From an uncultured Tissierellaceae bacterium (GTDB lineage Bacteria > Bacillota > Clostridia > Tissierellales > Tissierellaceae): 64,000 nt of DNA. Below the pieces are notes generated by a model. It saw only the letters and a list, made by a program, of their open reading frames with translations. It made no database searches and was not told the DNA's origin. Shown in pieces: positions 1 through 8,880 of the stretch. The translations under genes and the position numbers were made by a program. The stretch spans positions 35,757-99,756 of the forward strand of contig CAYPYI010000001.1 in the NCBI GenBank assembly GCA_964415085.1, written 5' to 3'. The stretch's first letter is position 1. Each line of letters starts with the position of its first letter.

Positions 1-107
1 TCTAGTGAGTTGTCTATGTCCCATTTATCCTTATTTTGTTCTACTCCTACTATTACTGAACGTTCTTTTTCCAAAATCTCACCCCTATTATTGTTTATTA
101 TCTTCAT
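1..107 (-). CDS. N-terminal end of a CDS running off the left edge (possibly GTPase HflX)
   Basis: Own reverse-strand translation from ATG at 107-105 gives MKIINNNRGEILEKERSVIVGVEQNKDKWDIDNSL..., open to base 1. The ER-x-x-IVGV...SL pattern resembles HflX N-termini. No clear SD; another in-frame ATG lies at 122-120. Absent from the ORF track because it is truncated. Confidence 0.3.
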   Translation of the reverse strand, partial: MKIINNNRGEILEKERSVIVGVEQNKDKWDIDNSL

Positions 108-223
108 ACTATTATAGCACATATTGCTGATTTATCTAATTAGCATAGTACTTTTTTGAATTATTACATTTATCTTAATTACATCTTATAATATTAACTT
201 TATTATTTAACTATGCTATAATG

Positions 224-232
224 TAAACATTG
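224..232 (+). promoter_or_regulatory. Extended -10 element (TGcTATAAT) upstream of the PBP gene
   Basis: TGCTATAAT at 224-232, about 25 nt upstream of the ATG at 257. The -35 is weak (TATTTA at 204-209). Confidence 0.4.
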
Positions 233-256
233 GTATATTAATTAAAGGAGGACATT

Positions 257-3200
257 ATGGCAGAGAATAATAAAAAGAATAGAAAAAAACCTAAGAAAAA
301 ACGCAGTTTGCTTAAAGCTATTATCATATTACTTTTGTTTCTTATTTTAATAGGCGGAACTGTTGTTGGAGCAATGGTTTATTCTATAGTTAAAGAAGCT
401 CCAGATATAGATCCAACTGAAATAAATGCTTCTTTAGATCAAACTTCGTCTATTTATGATGAGGAAGGTAATTTGCTAGAAAAGATAGACGCTGCAGAAT
501 ATAGAACTTTTGTAAGCCTTACTAAAATGCCAGAACATCTTAAAGATGCTTTTATAGCAATTGAAGATGAGAGGTTTTATGACCATAAGGGTATTGATGT
601 TAAAGGAATTTTAGGATCAGTAGTCGAAAATATTAAAGCCGGCAGAATTGTAAGAGGAGCAAGTACTATAACTCAGCAATTAGTTAAAAATGTTTATTTA
701 ACACCCGATAAAAAATTAGATCGAAAGATTAAAGAAGCTTACTTAGCTATAAAGGTAGAAAATGTACTTTCTAAAAATCAAATTTTAGAAGCATATCTAA
801 ATAGGAATTTCTTTGGTCAAAATGCTTATGGTGTGCAGGAAGCGGCACAGACTTATTTTGCTAAAGATGTGGAGGAACTAACTATAGCAGAATCGGCAGT
901 ACTAGCCGGTGTTGTTAAAAATATAAACAGGTTCCAACCTTATAAAAGAGTCTTACCTAATGACTTTAATGAAGATGAGCAATTTCAAGTAGGTGAAGTT
1001 AACATTCATGGTGTTAAATATATTTTAGTATTTAATGAAGAAGCTGTTAACAGACAAAAATTAGTACTTAAGAAAATGAAAGATTTAGGTTCGATTACAG
1101 AAGCTGAGTATGAAGAAGCTTTAAAACAAGACATTAAAACAAGTCTTCAACCTGGTCAGAAGAAATTATCAGGTATTACTTCTTACTTCTCTGATTTTGT
1201 AAAAACTGAATCTATAAAATTATTACAAGAAAACTTAGATTTAACAAGAGAACAAGCCGAAGAGAAATTATTTACTGGCGGATTAAAAATTTATTCAACA
1301 ATTGATGTTCAAATGCAAAAGGATTTAGAAGAAGTTTATAACAACTTTACAGAAATATTAGTTGGAAATACTGCTAATGTAAGAGGTCCTATCCTTATTG
1401 ATTGGAGAATAAATAAGGAAGGAAATATTATAGACGATAATGGAAAAACAATTTTCTATAAATCAGAAAATATTCTAGATGAAAACTGGAATATGTATAT
1501 TGAAAATGGAACTTATAGATTTACAGATGATGGACATTTAGCTATTAACAACAAAAAGTTAACTGCTTATCCTAAACATATTGATATAGCAGATTTTTAT
1601 CGTATTGATGGTAGAAAAAATTTAGTAACTCACACTATTGGTTCAATTGCATTAGATCCAGAAGATTTCTCAGTAAATGATGCGGGAGAAATCTTAATTC
1701 ATAAATCTTTCTTAGATGCAAATGAAGGATTTTATGCTGTTAATGATAAAAGTCAATTAGTGATTAATAGTAAAAACTTTTTTATTGATATAAACGGTGC
1801 AGTTCAGCCACAATCAGCTTCAGTTATTATGGATTATAGAAATGGCCATATTAAAGCGGTTGTAGGAGGTAGAGAGCTTGATGGTAATAGAATTCTAAAC
1901 AGAGCTACTAATTCATTAAGACAACCTGGTTCAGTAATTAAACCTGTAAGTGTTTACTTACCTGCTTTAGATAATGGATATACTGCAGCAAGCGCAATTG
2001 ATGATATACCTTTAGTTTATAATGGTCAAGTTTGGCCCAATAACTGGTATAAAGGTTATAGGGGTATACAATCATTAAGATATTCCGTTGAGCAATCAAT
2101 AAATGTTAACTCTGTTCAAACTGTACAAAGTATTGGTTTTGGAACATCTATGGAATATTTAGCTCGTATGGGAATTATTAATAAAGAACATCCTGAACTT
2201 GATAATTTTGTTTCAGCAAAAGAAAATCCTCAAGCTAATGATGAAAATCCATCAGCACTTGCACTAGGTGGTATGTCAAAAGGACTTACACCTTTAGAAA
2301 TGACAGCAGCTTACGGTGCTATTGCAAATGATGGAGTATATATAGCTCCAACACCAATTATAAAAATATTAGATAAAGATGGAGACCTTTTAATAGAGAA
2401 TACTCCAAAAGAGACTGTTGTTGTATCACCTCAAGTTGCATATATTATGAAAGATATTCTTCATACTACTGTAACAAACGGTCTTGCAAAACAAGCACAA
2501 ATATCCAACATGGCAGTTGCTGGAAAAACTGGTACAACGCAAAATCAAGCTGATATTTGGTTTGTAGGCTTTACACCTTATTATGTATCTAGTGTTTGGA
2601 TAGGTAATGACTCACCTGCTATTACTCTTAATAGAAGTAGTGGTACTGCAGCGTTACTTTGGAAGCAAATAAATCAAGGTGCTCATAAAAACTTAGAAGC
2701 TAAAACTAGTTTCCCAAGGCCTGAGGGTATTGTAAGTGTTACAGTTTGTAGCCAATCTGGCTTACTACCTTCTGAGAATTGTTCACATGATCCAAGAGGA
2801 ACAATTAAAACAGAAATATTTGCAAAAGGTACAGAACCAACTTCAACATGTGATGTACACGTTGCTGTTGATATTGATGAAACTACAGGAAAAGTTGCAA
2901 ATGAATTCTGCCCTCAAGATAGGGTAGTAACTCGAGTATTCATTCAAAGGAAGAAGTCTTTTGATTCTTCTTTAGGACTTGCTCCTTCTGATATAGGATA
3001 TCAAGTTCCTGGAGCATGTACTGAACATAGCCAAGATTCACCTGGATTTATTGAAGAACCAGATGATAATGAAAATCCGGAAATAGATCCAGATAACCCT
3101 AACAGTGAAAATCCAAATAGTGGTAACGGATCAACTGAAAATGAAAAACCAACCAAACCAGAAAATGGGAATGGTAATGGGAACAATGGAAATGGAAATA

Positions 3201-3259
3201 ATGGATCTAATAACAAAGATGATGATTTTGAAACTATACCAATAGATCCAAATGCATAA
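257..3259 (+). CDS. Class A penicillin-binding protein (bifunctional glycosyltransferase/transpeptidase, PBP1A type), 1000 aa
   Basis: GT51 motifs EDERFYDHKGID, GASTITQQ and RKIKEAY. Transpeptidase SxxK (GSVIKP) and KTG (AGKTGTT). K-rich N-terminus followed by a TM helix. SD AAAGGAGG upstream. Cys-rich module and an N/G/P/E-rich low-complexity C-terminal tail. Confidence 0.92.
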   Translation: MAENNKKNRKKPKKKRSLLKAIIILLLFLILIGGTVVGAMVYSIVKEAPDIDPTEINASLDQTSSIYDEEGNLLEKIDAAEYRTFVSLTKMPEHLKDAFIAIEDERFYDHKGIDVKGILGSVVENIKAGRIVRGASTITQQLVKNVYLTPDKKLDRKIKEAYLAIKVENVLSKNQILEAYLNRNFFGQNAYGVQEAAQTYFAKDVEELTIAESAVLAGVVKNINRFQPYKRVLPNDFNEDEQFQVGEVNIHGVKYILVFNEEAVNRQKLVLKKMKDLGSITEAEYEEALKQDIKTSLQPGQKKLSGITSYFSDFVKTESIKLLQENLDLTREQAEEKLFTGGLKIYSTIDVQMQKDLEEVYNNFTEILVGNTANVRGPILIDWRINKEGNIIDDNGKTIFYKSENILDENWNMYIENGTYRFTDDGHLAINNKKLTAYPKHIDIADFYRIDGRKNLVTHTIGSIALDPEDFSVNDAGEILIHKSFLDANEGFYAVNDKSQLVINSKNFFIDINGAVQPQSASVIMDYRNGHIKAVVGGRELDGNRILNRATNSLRQPGSVIKPVSVYLPALDNGYTAASAIDDIPLVYNGQVWPNNWYKGYRGIQSLRYSVEQSINVNSVQTVQSIGFGTSMEYLARMGIINKEHPELDNFVSAKENPQANDENPSALALGGMSKGLTPLEMTAAYGAIANDGVYIAPTPIIKILDKDGDLLIENTPKETVVVSPQVAYIMKDILHTTVTNGLAKQAQISNMAVAGKTGTTQNQADIWFVGFTPYYVSSVWIGNDSPAITLNRSSGTAALLWKQINQGAHKNLEAKTSFPRPEGIVSVTVCSQSGLLPSENCSHDPRGTIKTEIFAKGTEPTSTCDVHVAVDIDETTGKVANEFCPQDRVVTRVFIQRKKSFDSSLGLAPSDIGYQVPGACTEHSQDSPGFIEEPDDNENPEIDPDNPNSENPNSGNGSTENEKPTKPENGNGNGNNGNGNNGSNNKDDDFETIPIDPNA

Positions 3260-3260
3260 A

Positions 3261-3299
3261 CAAAAGCCGTCAAACTTAAAGTTTGACGGCTTTTTGTTT
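3261..3299. terminator. Bidirectional intrinsic terminator between the convergent PBP and folD genes
   Basis: Stem AGCCGTCAAAC / GTTTGACGGCT (3265-3291) with loop TTAAA. A-run on the left and T-run on the right. Confidence 0.85.
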
Positions 3300-3317
3300 A
3301 AATATACTAATTAAATT

Positions 3318-4163
3318 TTAATTGTTTTCTGCAGATCTTACAACATGTTCTAATAAAAGACTAGTTGTAACGCCTCCAAGCCCACCAGGAACTGGTGTAA
3401 TCATCTTTACATAGTCTTTCACATCTTCAAAGTCAACGTCTCCACAAAGCTTATTATTTTCATCCATTGCTATACCAATATCTATTACTATAGCATCTTC
3501 ATTAAAATACTCTTTATCAAAAAATTTAGCTCTACCAGTTGCTACACATACTATATCTGCTGCTTTAGTTAGTTCTTTTAAATTTTTAGTGTTGCTATGA
3601 CAAATTGTTACTGTAGCATCATGCGCTAAAGCCATCATAGCAAGAGGTTTCCCTATAACCATTGATCTATTAACTATAACAAAGTTTTTTCCCTTGAGAT
3701 TAATATTTTCATGTTCTAACACCTTTATTGCAGCTATTGCTGCACATGGGCCAAATCCATCTATTTCTCCTCTAAATATTTTTTCTAAATTTAATGGATG
3801 TATACCATCAATATCTTTTTCTGGTGATATCACTTTTCTAATTATATCTTGATCATCTCTTGTAGTTAATAAACTTAAAATAAGTATTCCATGAACGCTA
3901 TCGTCTTCATTAAGCTTTTCTACTTCTTTTCTTAATTCTTCTGTTGTAGAATTTTCATCTAATATTATTCCTAAATGTTCTATTCCTAATTTTTCTGTAT
4001 TTCTTATAATATTTCTCTCATAGCTAATATCATCAGGATTTTCACCTAATCTAATTGTTGCTAATTTAGGAGTTTTATTTGTTTTTTTAAAATCTAATAT
4101 CCTATTCGATAAATCTTTTTTTATTTTCTCTGAAATCTCTTTTCCTCTTAATATAACTGTCAT
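3318..4163 (-). CDS. folD: Bifunctional 5,10-methylene-tetrahydrofolate dehydrogenase/cyclohydrolase
   Basis: 281 aa of typical FolD length. C-terminal TPVPGGLGGVTT motif. SD GGAGGAG upstream. The start overlaps the stop of the upstream CDF gene (ATGA). Confidence 0.93.
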   Translation of the reverse strand: MTVILRGKEISEKIKKDLSNRILDFKKTNKTPKLATIRLGENPDDISYERNIIRNTEKLGIEHLGIILDENSTTEELRKEVEKLNEDDSVHGILILSLLTTRDDQDIIRKVISPEKDIDGIHPLNLEKIFRGEIDGFGPCAAIAAIKVLEHENINLKGKNFVIVNRSMVIGKPLAMMALAHDATVTICHSNTKNLKELTKAADIVCVATGRAKFFDKEYFNEDAIVIDIGIAMDENNKLCGDVDFEDVKDYVKMITPVPGGLGGVTTSLLLEHVVRSAENN

Positions 4164-5038
4164 TTCTCCTCCTTATTTCCAAATGGCTCAACATGTACCA
4201 TAGTATGTTTTATATCTGTTATTTCTGATTCTAATCTATCATGAAGTACTGCAGATATATCATGTCCCTCTTTTACAGTAATATTTGGGTCAACTTGAAT
4301 ATCTATATCCACAAATATTCTATTACCAAAAACTCTTGTTCTTAGTCTATTTACATTTATAACTCCATTAGTAGAACTCGCAATTTTATTTATTTCGTTT
4401 ATTATTTCTTCACTTGCTGATTCATCTACTAATTCTCTAATAGATTTCAAATATAAATCTACCCCTACTTTAATAACCATTATAGCTACTACTATTCCTG
4501 CTATAGGGTCTAAGGCTGGAAACCCTACTCTTGCACCTAAGATACCAATAAAAGTACCTATTGATGAAAAGGCATCTGACCTGTGGTGCCAAGCATCAGC
4601 TTCCATAGATATTGATTTAATTTTTTTTGCAGTTTTAATAGTATATCTATACATAGCTTCTTTTGTTAAAATTGATATAAATGCTGCTATTAAAGCTATT
4701 TGTCCTGGTTCTTTAATGTTTCCTTCTATTAAAGTTTTTAATGCCTCATAGCCTATAAATGCTCCTGTTACAAGTAAAATTAAACTCAGTAATTTAGCAA
4801 ATATTGACTCATATCTTTCATGTCCATATGGATGATCATCATCTGCTTTTTTTGATGAAACCTTTAAGCCAAGCAATACTACTACTGTTGTTAATACATC
4901 TGATAAAGTGTGTATACCATCTGCAATCATGGCACTACTTCTTCCAATTAGCCCAGATATAACTTTCACTACAGCTAAAACTAAATTTAATATTAAGGTT
5001 ATTTTAGAGACTCTCATACCCTCTTCATAGTTATTCAT
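4160..5038 (-). CDS. Cation diffusion facilitator (CDF) family metal efflux transporter
   Basis: HTLSDVLT (TM2) and DAWHHRSDAFSS (TM5) metal-site motifs; six predicted TM helices plus a cytoplasmic domain. Start moved from the track's 5098 to the ATG at 5038, which has SD GGAGGAAATT directly upstream. The longer ORF would run through the rnpB terminator hairpin. Confidence 0.85.
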   Translation of the reverse strand: MNNYEEGMRVSKITLILNLVLAVVKVISGLIGRSSAMIADGIHTLSDVLTTVVVLLGLKVSSKKADDDHPYGHERYESIFAKLLSLILLVTGAFIGYEALKTLIEGNIKEPGQIALIAAFISILTKEAMYRYTIKTAKKIKSISMEADAWHHRSDAFSSIGTFIGILGARVGFPALDPIAGIVVAIMVIKVGVDLYLKSIRELVDESASEEIINEINKIASSTNGVINVNRLRTRVFGNRIFVDIDIQVDPNITVKEGHDISAVLHDRLESEITDIKHTMVHVEPFGNKEEK

Positions 5039-5093
5039 AATTTCCTCCATTATATAGTAATACCAATTATCAGTACCCTTAAATATAAAATAA

Positions 5094-5123
5094 CTCAAAG
5101 GAATATTCCTTTGAGTTTTTTTA
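5094..5123 (-). terminator. Hairpin just downstream of rnpB
   Basis: CTCAAAGG / CCTTTGAG stem (5094-5116). U-rich sequence follows in the minus sense (TTATTTTAT) and a T7 run follows in the plus sense. Confidence 0.5.
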
Positions 5124-5127
5124 TAAA

Positions 5128-5462
5128 GAGTAAATCTGTAAGCCGTGTTCTGTCTAATTGATCATCTATCTAGACTCATTGTTACCAACAAGTTCATGCG
5201 ATCTACCTTTTTGAACTGCAACGAGCCGCTGCATTTTGTGTTCTCTTTTGATCTTGCTCCAGATGGGGTTTACATAGCCATTTAGTCGCCTAAATGCTGG
5301 TGAGCTCTTACCTCACCTTTCCACCCTTACCTAATTAATTTAGGCGGTATCTCTCTGTTGCACTATCCTTAGGGTCACCCCCACTGGCCGTTAGCCAGCA
5401 TCCTGCTCTATGGAGCACGGACTTTCCTCATGCATAAAGCACGCGATCAAATGATTTACTCT
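5128..5462 (-). ncRNA. rnpB: RNase P RNA, bacterial class A
   Basis: The reverse strand reads AGAGTAAATC...GAGGAAAGTCCGTGCTCCATAGAGCAGGATGCTGGCTAACGGCCAG...GTGCAACAGAGAGATACCGCC...GGTAAGGGTGGAAAGGTGAGGTAAGAGCTCACC...GGAGCAAGATCAAA...ACAGAACACGGCTTACAGATTTACTCT. This matches the universally conserved P4 and other class A blocks (compare E. coli M1 RNA). P1 pairs AGAGTAAATC with GATTTACTCT. The region is a GC-rich island with no ORF. Confidence 0.92.
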
Positions 5463-5501
5463 AAATATTAATATATCATATTTATGATTCTTTTTAAAGC
5501 A

Positions 5502-6224
5502 CTAATTATTTTCTTTATGATTGTAATACAACATTCTACCACAACTATCACAAAGTATTGGTTCTTTACTGTGTTTTATGTCATCCCACATTCCTGAAGA
5601 TAGTTTCATATTACACCCTCTACATGTGGAATCTTCTGCAAGAGCTACAGCTTTTTTCTTTCTTCTTTTAATTTTAAGATAATCATTTAAAATTCCTTTA
5701 TCAAGCAAAGTTTTTTCTTGTTCAATTTTTTTACTTAAATCCTCTATATTAACTTTTAACATTTCTATTTCACTTATATTTTTATGATTTAAAGCCTCAT
5801 CATTTTTTTCATTTTCATTTAAATTTTTCTTGCCAATTGATATTTTTTCTTCTAATAAATCTTTCCTATCATATAGTTTTAAAGCATCTATCTCACTGTT
5901 ATCTAGCAATTCTTTTAATTCCAATTTTTGCTCACTTAAAAATTCTAACTGCTTGATATCACTAATACTTCCACCATATAATTCGTCATCGTTCTTTTTA
6001 ATATTATATTCTATTTCTTTTATTTTTAGTTCTTTTTTATGAATCTCTTTATTAATACTTTCATATGAATCTTCTAATTCTTCAATATCATCTTTTAGAT
6101 TACTAATTATTTTTCTTCTTTTAATTCCTTCAGTATTAAGCTTTAAAGATTCCAATATTCCCTCTTTTTCCTTTAATAGATTAATATCATTTTCTAAATT
6201 CCATAAAATTCTCAATTGGTCCAT
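5502..6224 (-). CDS. COG1579-type zinc-ribbon/coiled-coil protein
   Basis: Long K/E-rich coiled-coil followed by a C-terminal CxxC...CxxC (CRGCNMKL...CDSCGRML). Conserved position after nif3. SD AAGGAGG. Confidence 0.75.
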   Translation of the reverse strand: MDQLRILWNLENDINLLKEKEGILESLKLNTEGIKRRKIISNLKDDIEELEDSYESINKEIHKKELKIKEIEYNIKKNDDELYGGSISDIKQLEFLSEQKLELKELLDNSEIDALKLYDRKDLLEEKISIGKKNLNENEKNDEALNHKNISEIEMLKVNIEDLSKKIEQEKTLLDKGILNDYLKIKRRKKKAVALAEDSTCRGCNMKLSSGMWDDIKHSKEPILCDSCGRMLYYNHKENN

Positions 6225-6235
6225 AATTTACCTCC

Positions 6236-7033
6236 TTAGTAAATTACTGCATTCAGTCCAGGCTTATTTAAAATATGAATATCTAAACTACTGTCTATAT
6301 ACTTTAATATAAAAGTTCTTATCTTTGGTAATATAACTTTTTCTGTGTGAAAGTGTCCAGCATCTACAATTATAATGTCAAGTTGTTCTGATAACTGTGC
6401 ATCATGATATTTAATATCTGATGTAATAATTAAATCTGCACCCTTTTCTTTAGCACTTTTTATAAAGCTTGCTCCACTTCCTCCTAATACAGCTACTCTT
6501 TTTATTACTCTATCTGATAAATCACCATATACTTTAATATAATCAACTGCTAATTTAGCTTTAACTAATTCTAAAAATTCTTTTATTTTAAAATTTTCTA
6601 CATCGCCTACTCTACCATATCCATAGATATTATTATCTTTATCTATTTTATTAATTTCTAGTGGCTCAGCATTTTCAAGACAAAAAATATCTGATAATTC
6701 ATCATTCACACCACCAACTGCTAAATCTAAATTTGAATGACCATTATAAACTATTATATCATTTTTTATGCATTTTAATATTATATTACCTATATAGCTT
6801 TTATTTGTTACATCCTTAAGAGGACTAAAAATAATTGGATGATGGCTTATTATCATATCAATATTATTTTCTAGTGAATAATCAATAGCTTGATTGTCCA
6901 AATCAAGAGATATCAAAATTTTTTCAACTTTTTTATTATCATTTCCTATCTGAAAACCTGTATTATCCCAAGAATCAATTAACTCAGGCATAGCCCAAGT
7001 ATTTAATTTATCAATGATCTGATATGCTTTCAT
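6236..7033 (-). CDS. Nif3-like dinuclear metal centre protein (YqfO family)
   Basis: 265 aa with HHPIIF, YNGHSNLD and DAGHFHTE metal-ligand motifs. Follows trmK as in Bacillus. Confidence 0.85.
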   Translation of the reverse strand: MKAYQIIDKLNTWAMPELIDSWDNTGFQIGNDNKKVEKILISLDLDNQAIDYSLENNIDMIISHHPIIFSPLKDVTNKSYIGNIILKCIKNDIIVYNGHSNLDLAVGGVNDELSDIFCLENAEPLEINKIDKDNNIYGYGRVGDVENFKIKEFLELVKAKLAVDYIKVYGDLSDRVIKRVAVLGGSGASFIKSAKEKGADLIITSDIKYHDAQLSEQLDIIIVDAGHFHTEKVILPKIRTFILKYIDSSLDIHILNKPGLNAVIY

Positions 7034-7718
7034 ATATATCTAACACTCCTTTGTATTCAGATATCTTTTTGCTTAACTCATCAACTCTTAAATTAATTTT
7101 TTCACCCTTATTTTTATCTAAACTTTTAATTATACCTTTATTATAATTAATTTTATAGTTAATAAACTCAGGAAGTAAAGGATCTTTGTTTTCTATTAAT
7201 TTTTCTCCTATTTCAAAATAAATTTCACTATCAATGCTATACTCTCCATGTTTTGCATATATTATTTCATAATACTTGCCTTCCTCATAAACTAGTTTCT
7301 CATCTTCTATAACAAAGTTATTTTTAATTAGATACTTTCTTAACTCTTCACTACCAATCATTGGTTGAAAAATAAAATTATTTATAGTATTTACTACTTC
7401 TTTGTTTTTTTCTAGTATATCCTTTATTAATATTCCGCCCATACCAGCTATTATTACTGTATCAACCTCATGTGGATTTATAATATCTAATCCATCTCCA
7501 TGCCTCGTTTCTATTTGGCTTGCTAAGTCTAAATCTGATACATATTGTATTGTTTTTAGTAATGAAGGATAGCTAACATCAGTTGCTATTACCTTTGAAC
7601 ATATATTATTTTCTACTAAAAAAATAGGTATATGTCCATGATCTGTACCTATATCTGCTACTACTTGGTTTTTATTAACATATGATGCTATAGCAAATAA
7701 TCTTTTTGATAATTTCAT
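7011..7718 (-). CDS. trmK: tRNA (adenine22-N1)-methyltransferase
   Basis: SAM-binding DIGTDHGHIP motif and YqfN/TrmK-like length. Start set at the ATG at 7718 (MKLSKRLF) behind SD AGAGGTGA, rather than the track start at 7754. Confidence 0.85.
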   Translation of the reverse strand: MKLSKRLFAIASYVNKNQVVADIGTDHGHIPIFLVENNICSKVIATDVSYPSLLKTIQYVSDLDLASQIETRHGDGLDIINPHEVDTVIIAGMGGILIKDILEKNKEVVNTINNFIFQPMIGSEELRKYLIKNNFVIEDEKLVYEEGKYYEIIYAKHGEYSIDSEIYFEIGEKLIENKDPLLPEFINYKINYNKGIIKSLDKNKGEKINLRVDELSKKISEYKGVLDIYESISDH

Positions 7719-7776
7719 CTTATCACCTCTTAAATCTATTTTTACATATAACAAAGATTCGGAAAAATCCGAATCT

Positions 7777-8876
7777 TTATTCAGCTAAGAAATCTTTTAA
7801 TTTTTTACTTCTTGAAGGATGTCTTAATTTTCTTAAAGCTTTAGCTTCAATTTGTCTAATTCTTTCTCTTGTTACATCAAAAACTGTACCTACTTCTTCT
7901 AATGTTCTTGGTCTACCATCATCTAAACCAAATCTTAATCTTAATACACTTTCTTCCCTTGGTGTAAGAGTAGATAATACTTCTGTTAACTCTTCTCTTA
8001 ACATATAGAATGTTGCAGCTTCTTCTGGAGATATTATTTCATTATCAGGAATGAAATCACCCAAGCTACTATCTTCTTCTTCCCCTATTGGTGTTTCTAG
8101 TGAAACTGGCTCTTGAGATATTTTAATAATTTCACGAACTTTTTCAACTTCAATACCCTACCAATCTCTTGTACTAGCTGTCTTTGTATTCTAACTAATT
8201 TATTAATTGTTTCAACCATATGAACTGGTATCCTAATAGTTCTGGCTTGGTCAGCGATTGAACGAGTTATAGCCTGTCTTATCCACCAAGTTGCATAGGT
8301 ACTAAATTTAAATCCTTTAGTATAGTCGAATTTTTCAACAGCTTTCATTAATCCCAAATTACCTTCCTGAATTAAATCCAAAAATAGCATTCCACGTCCA
8401 ACATATCTTTTAGCAATACTTACTACAAGTCTTAAGTTGGCCTCAGCTAATTCTTGTTTAGCTTGTACGTCGCCCTTTTCTATTCTCTTTGCAAGTGCTA
8501 CCTCTTCATCTGCACTTAAAAGTGGTACTTTACCAATTTCTTTTAAATACATCCTTACTGGATCATCAACGTTAATACTTGCAGCAGCTACAGAGACTCT
8601 CGTTTCTACCTCTTCATCTTCTTCAGGATCAACGTCATCTTCTTTATCATCTATTAATATAGCTTCTTCATCTGCTCCTGCAATTTCAATATCCATTTCT
8701 TCAAATCTTAAATATAAATCATCTATCTCTTTAGCATTTAAATCAATTTCTTCAAGTGTATCAACAATTTCTTTAGAAGTTAATAGACCTTCTTTTTTAC
8801 CTTTTGCTATTAGTTTCATAACAATTTCACGGTCTTTTTTAGAAATACTTCCAACTTCCTTACCTTTTTGAGCCAA
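7777..8876 (-). pseudogene. sigA: Primary sigma factor SigA/RpoD, interrupted by a frame change with about 11 codons missing near 8156/8157
   Basis: ORF 8097..8876 carries regions 1.1-2.4 and early region 3 (...[31 protein letters not shown]...QEIGR), then 19 out-of-frame residues and a TAG. A second frame continues [40 protein letters not shown]...[31 protein letters not shown] down to 7777. The track's start at 8064 is an internal TTG (Leu) codon. Confidence 0.85.
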
Positions 8877-8880
8877 TTTG

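Noticed and set aside
3001-3273. 90-aa minus-strand ORF overlapping the PBP1A tail and terminator
   Set aside because: It is a mirror image of the N/G/P repeat region and runs through the terminator hairpin. Shadow ORF.
5039-5098. N-terminal 20-aa extension of the CDF transporter ORF
   Set aside because: It would overlap the rnpB terminator hairpin and lacks an SD. The ATG at 5038 has a perfect GGAGG SD.
8437-8871. 144-aa plus-strand ORF antisense to the sigA N-terminal half
   Set aside because: It is a Ser-rich low-complexity product mirroring the acidic region of SigA, with no SD. Shadow ORF.
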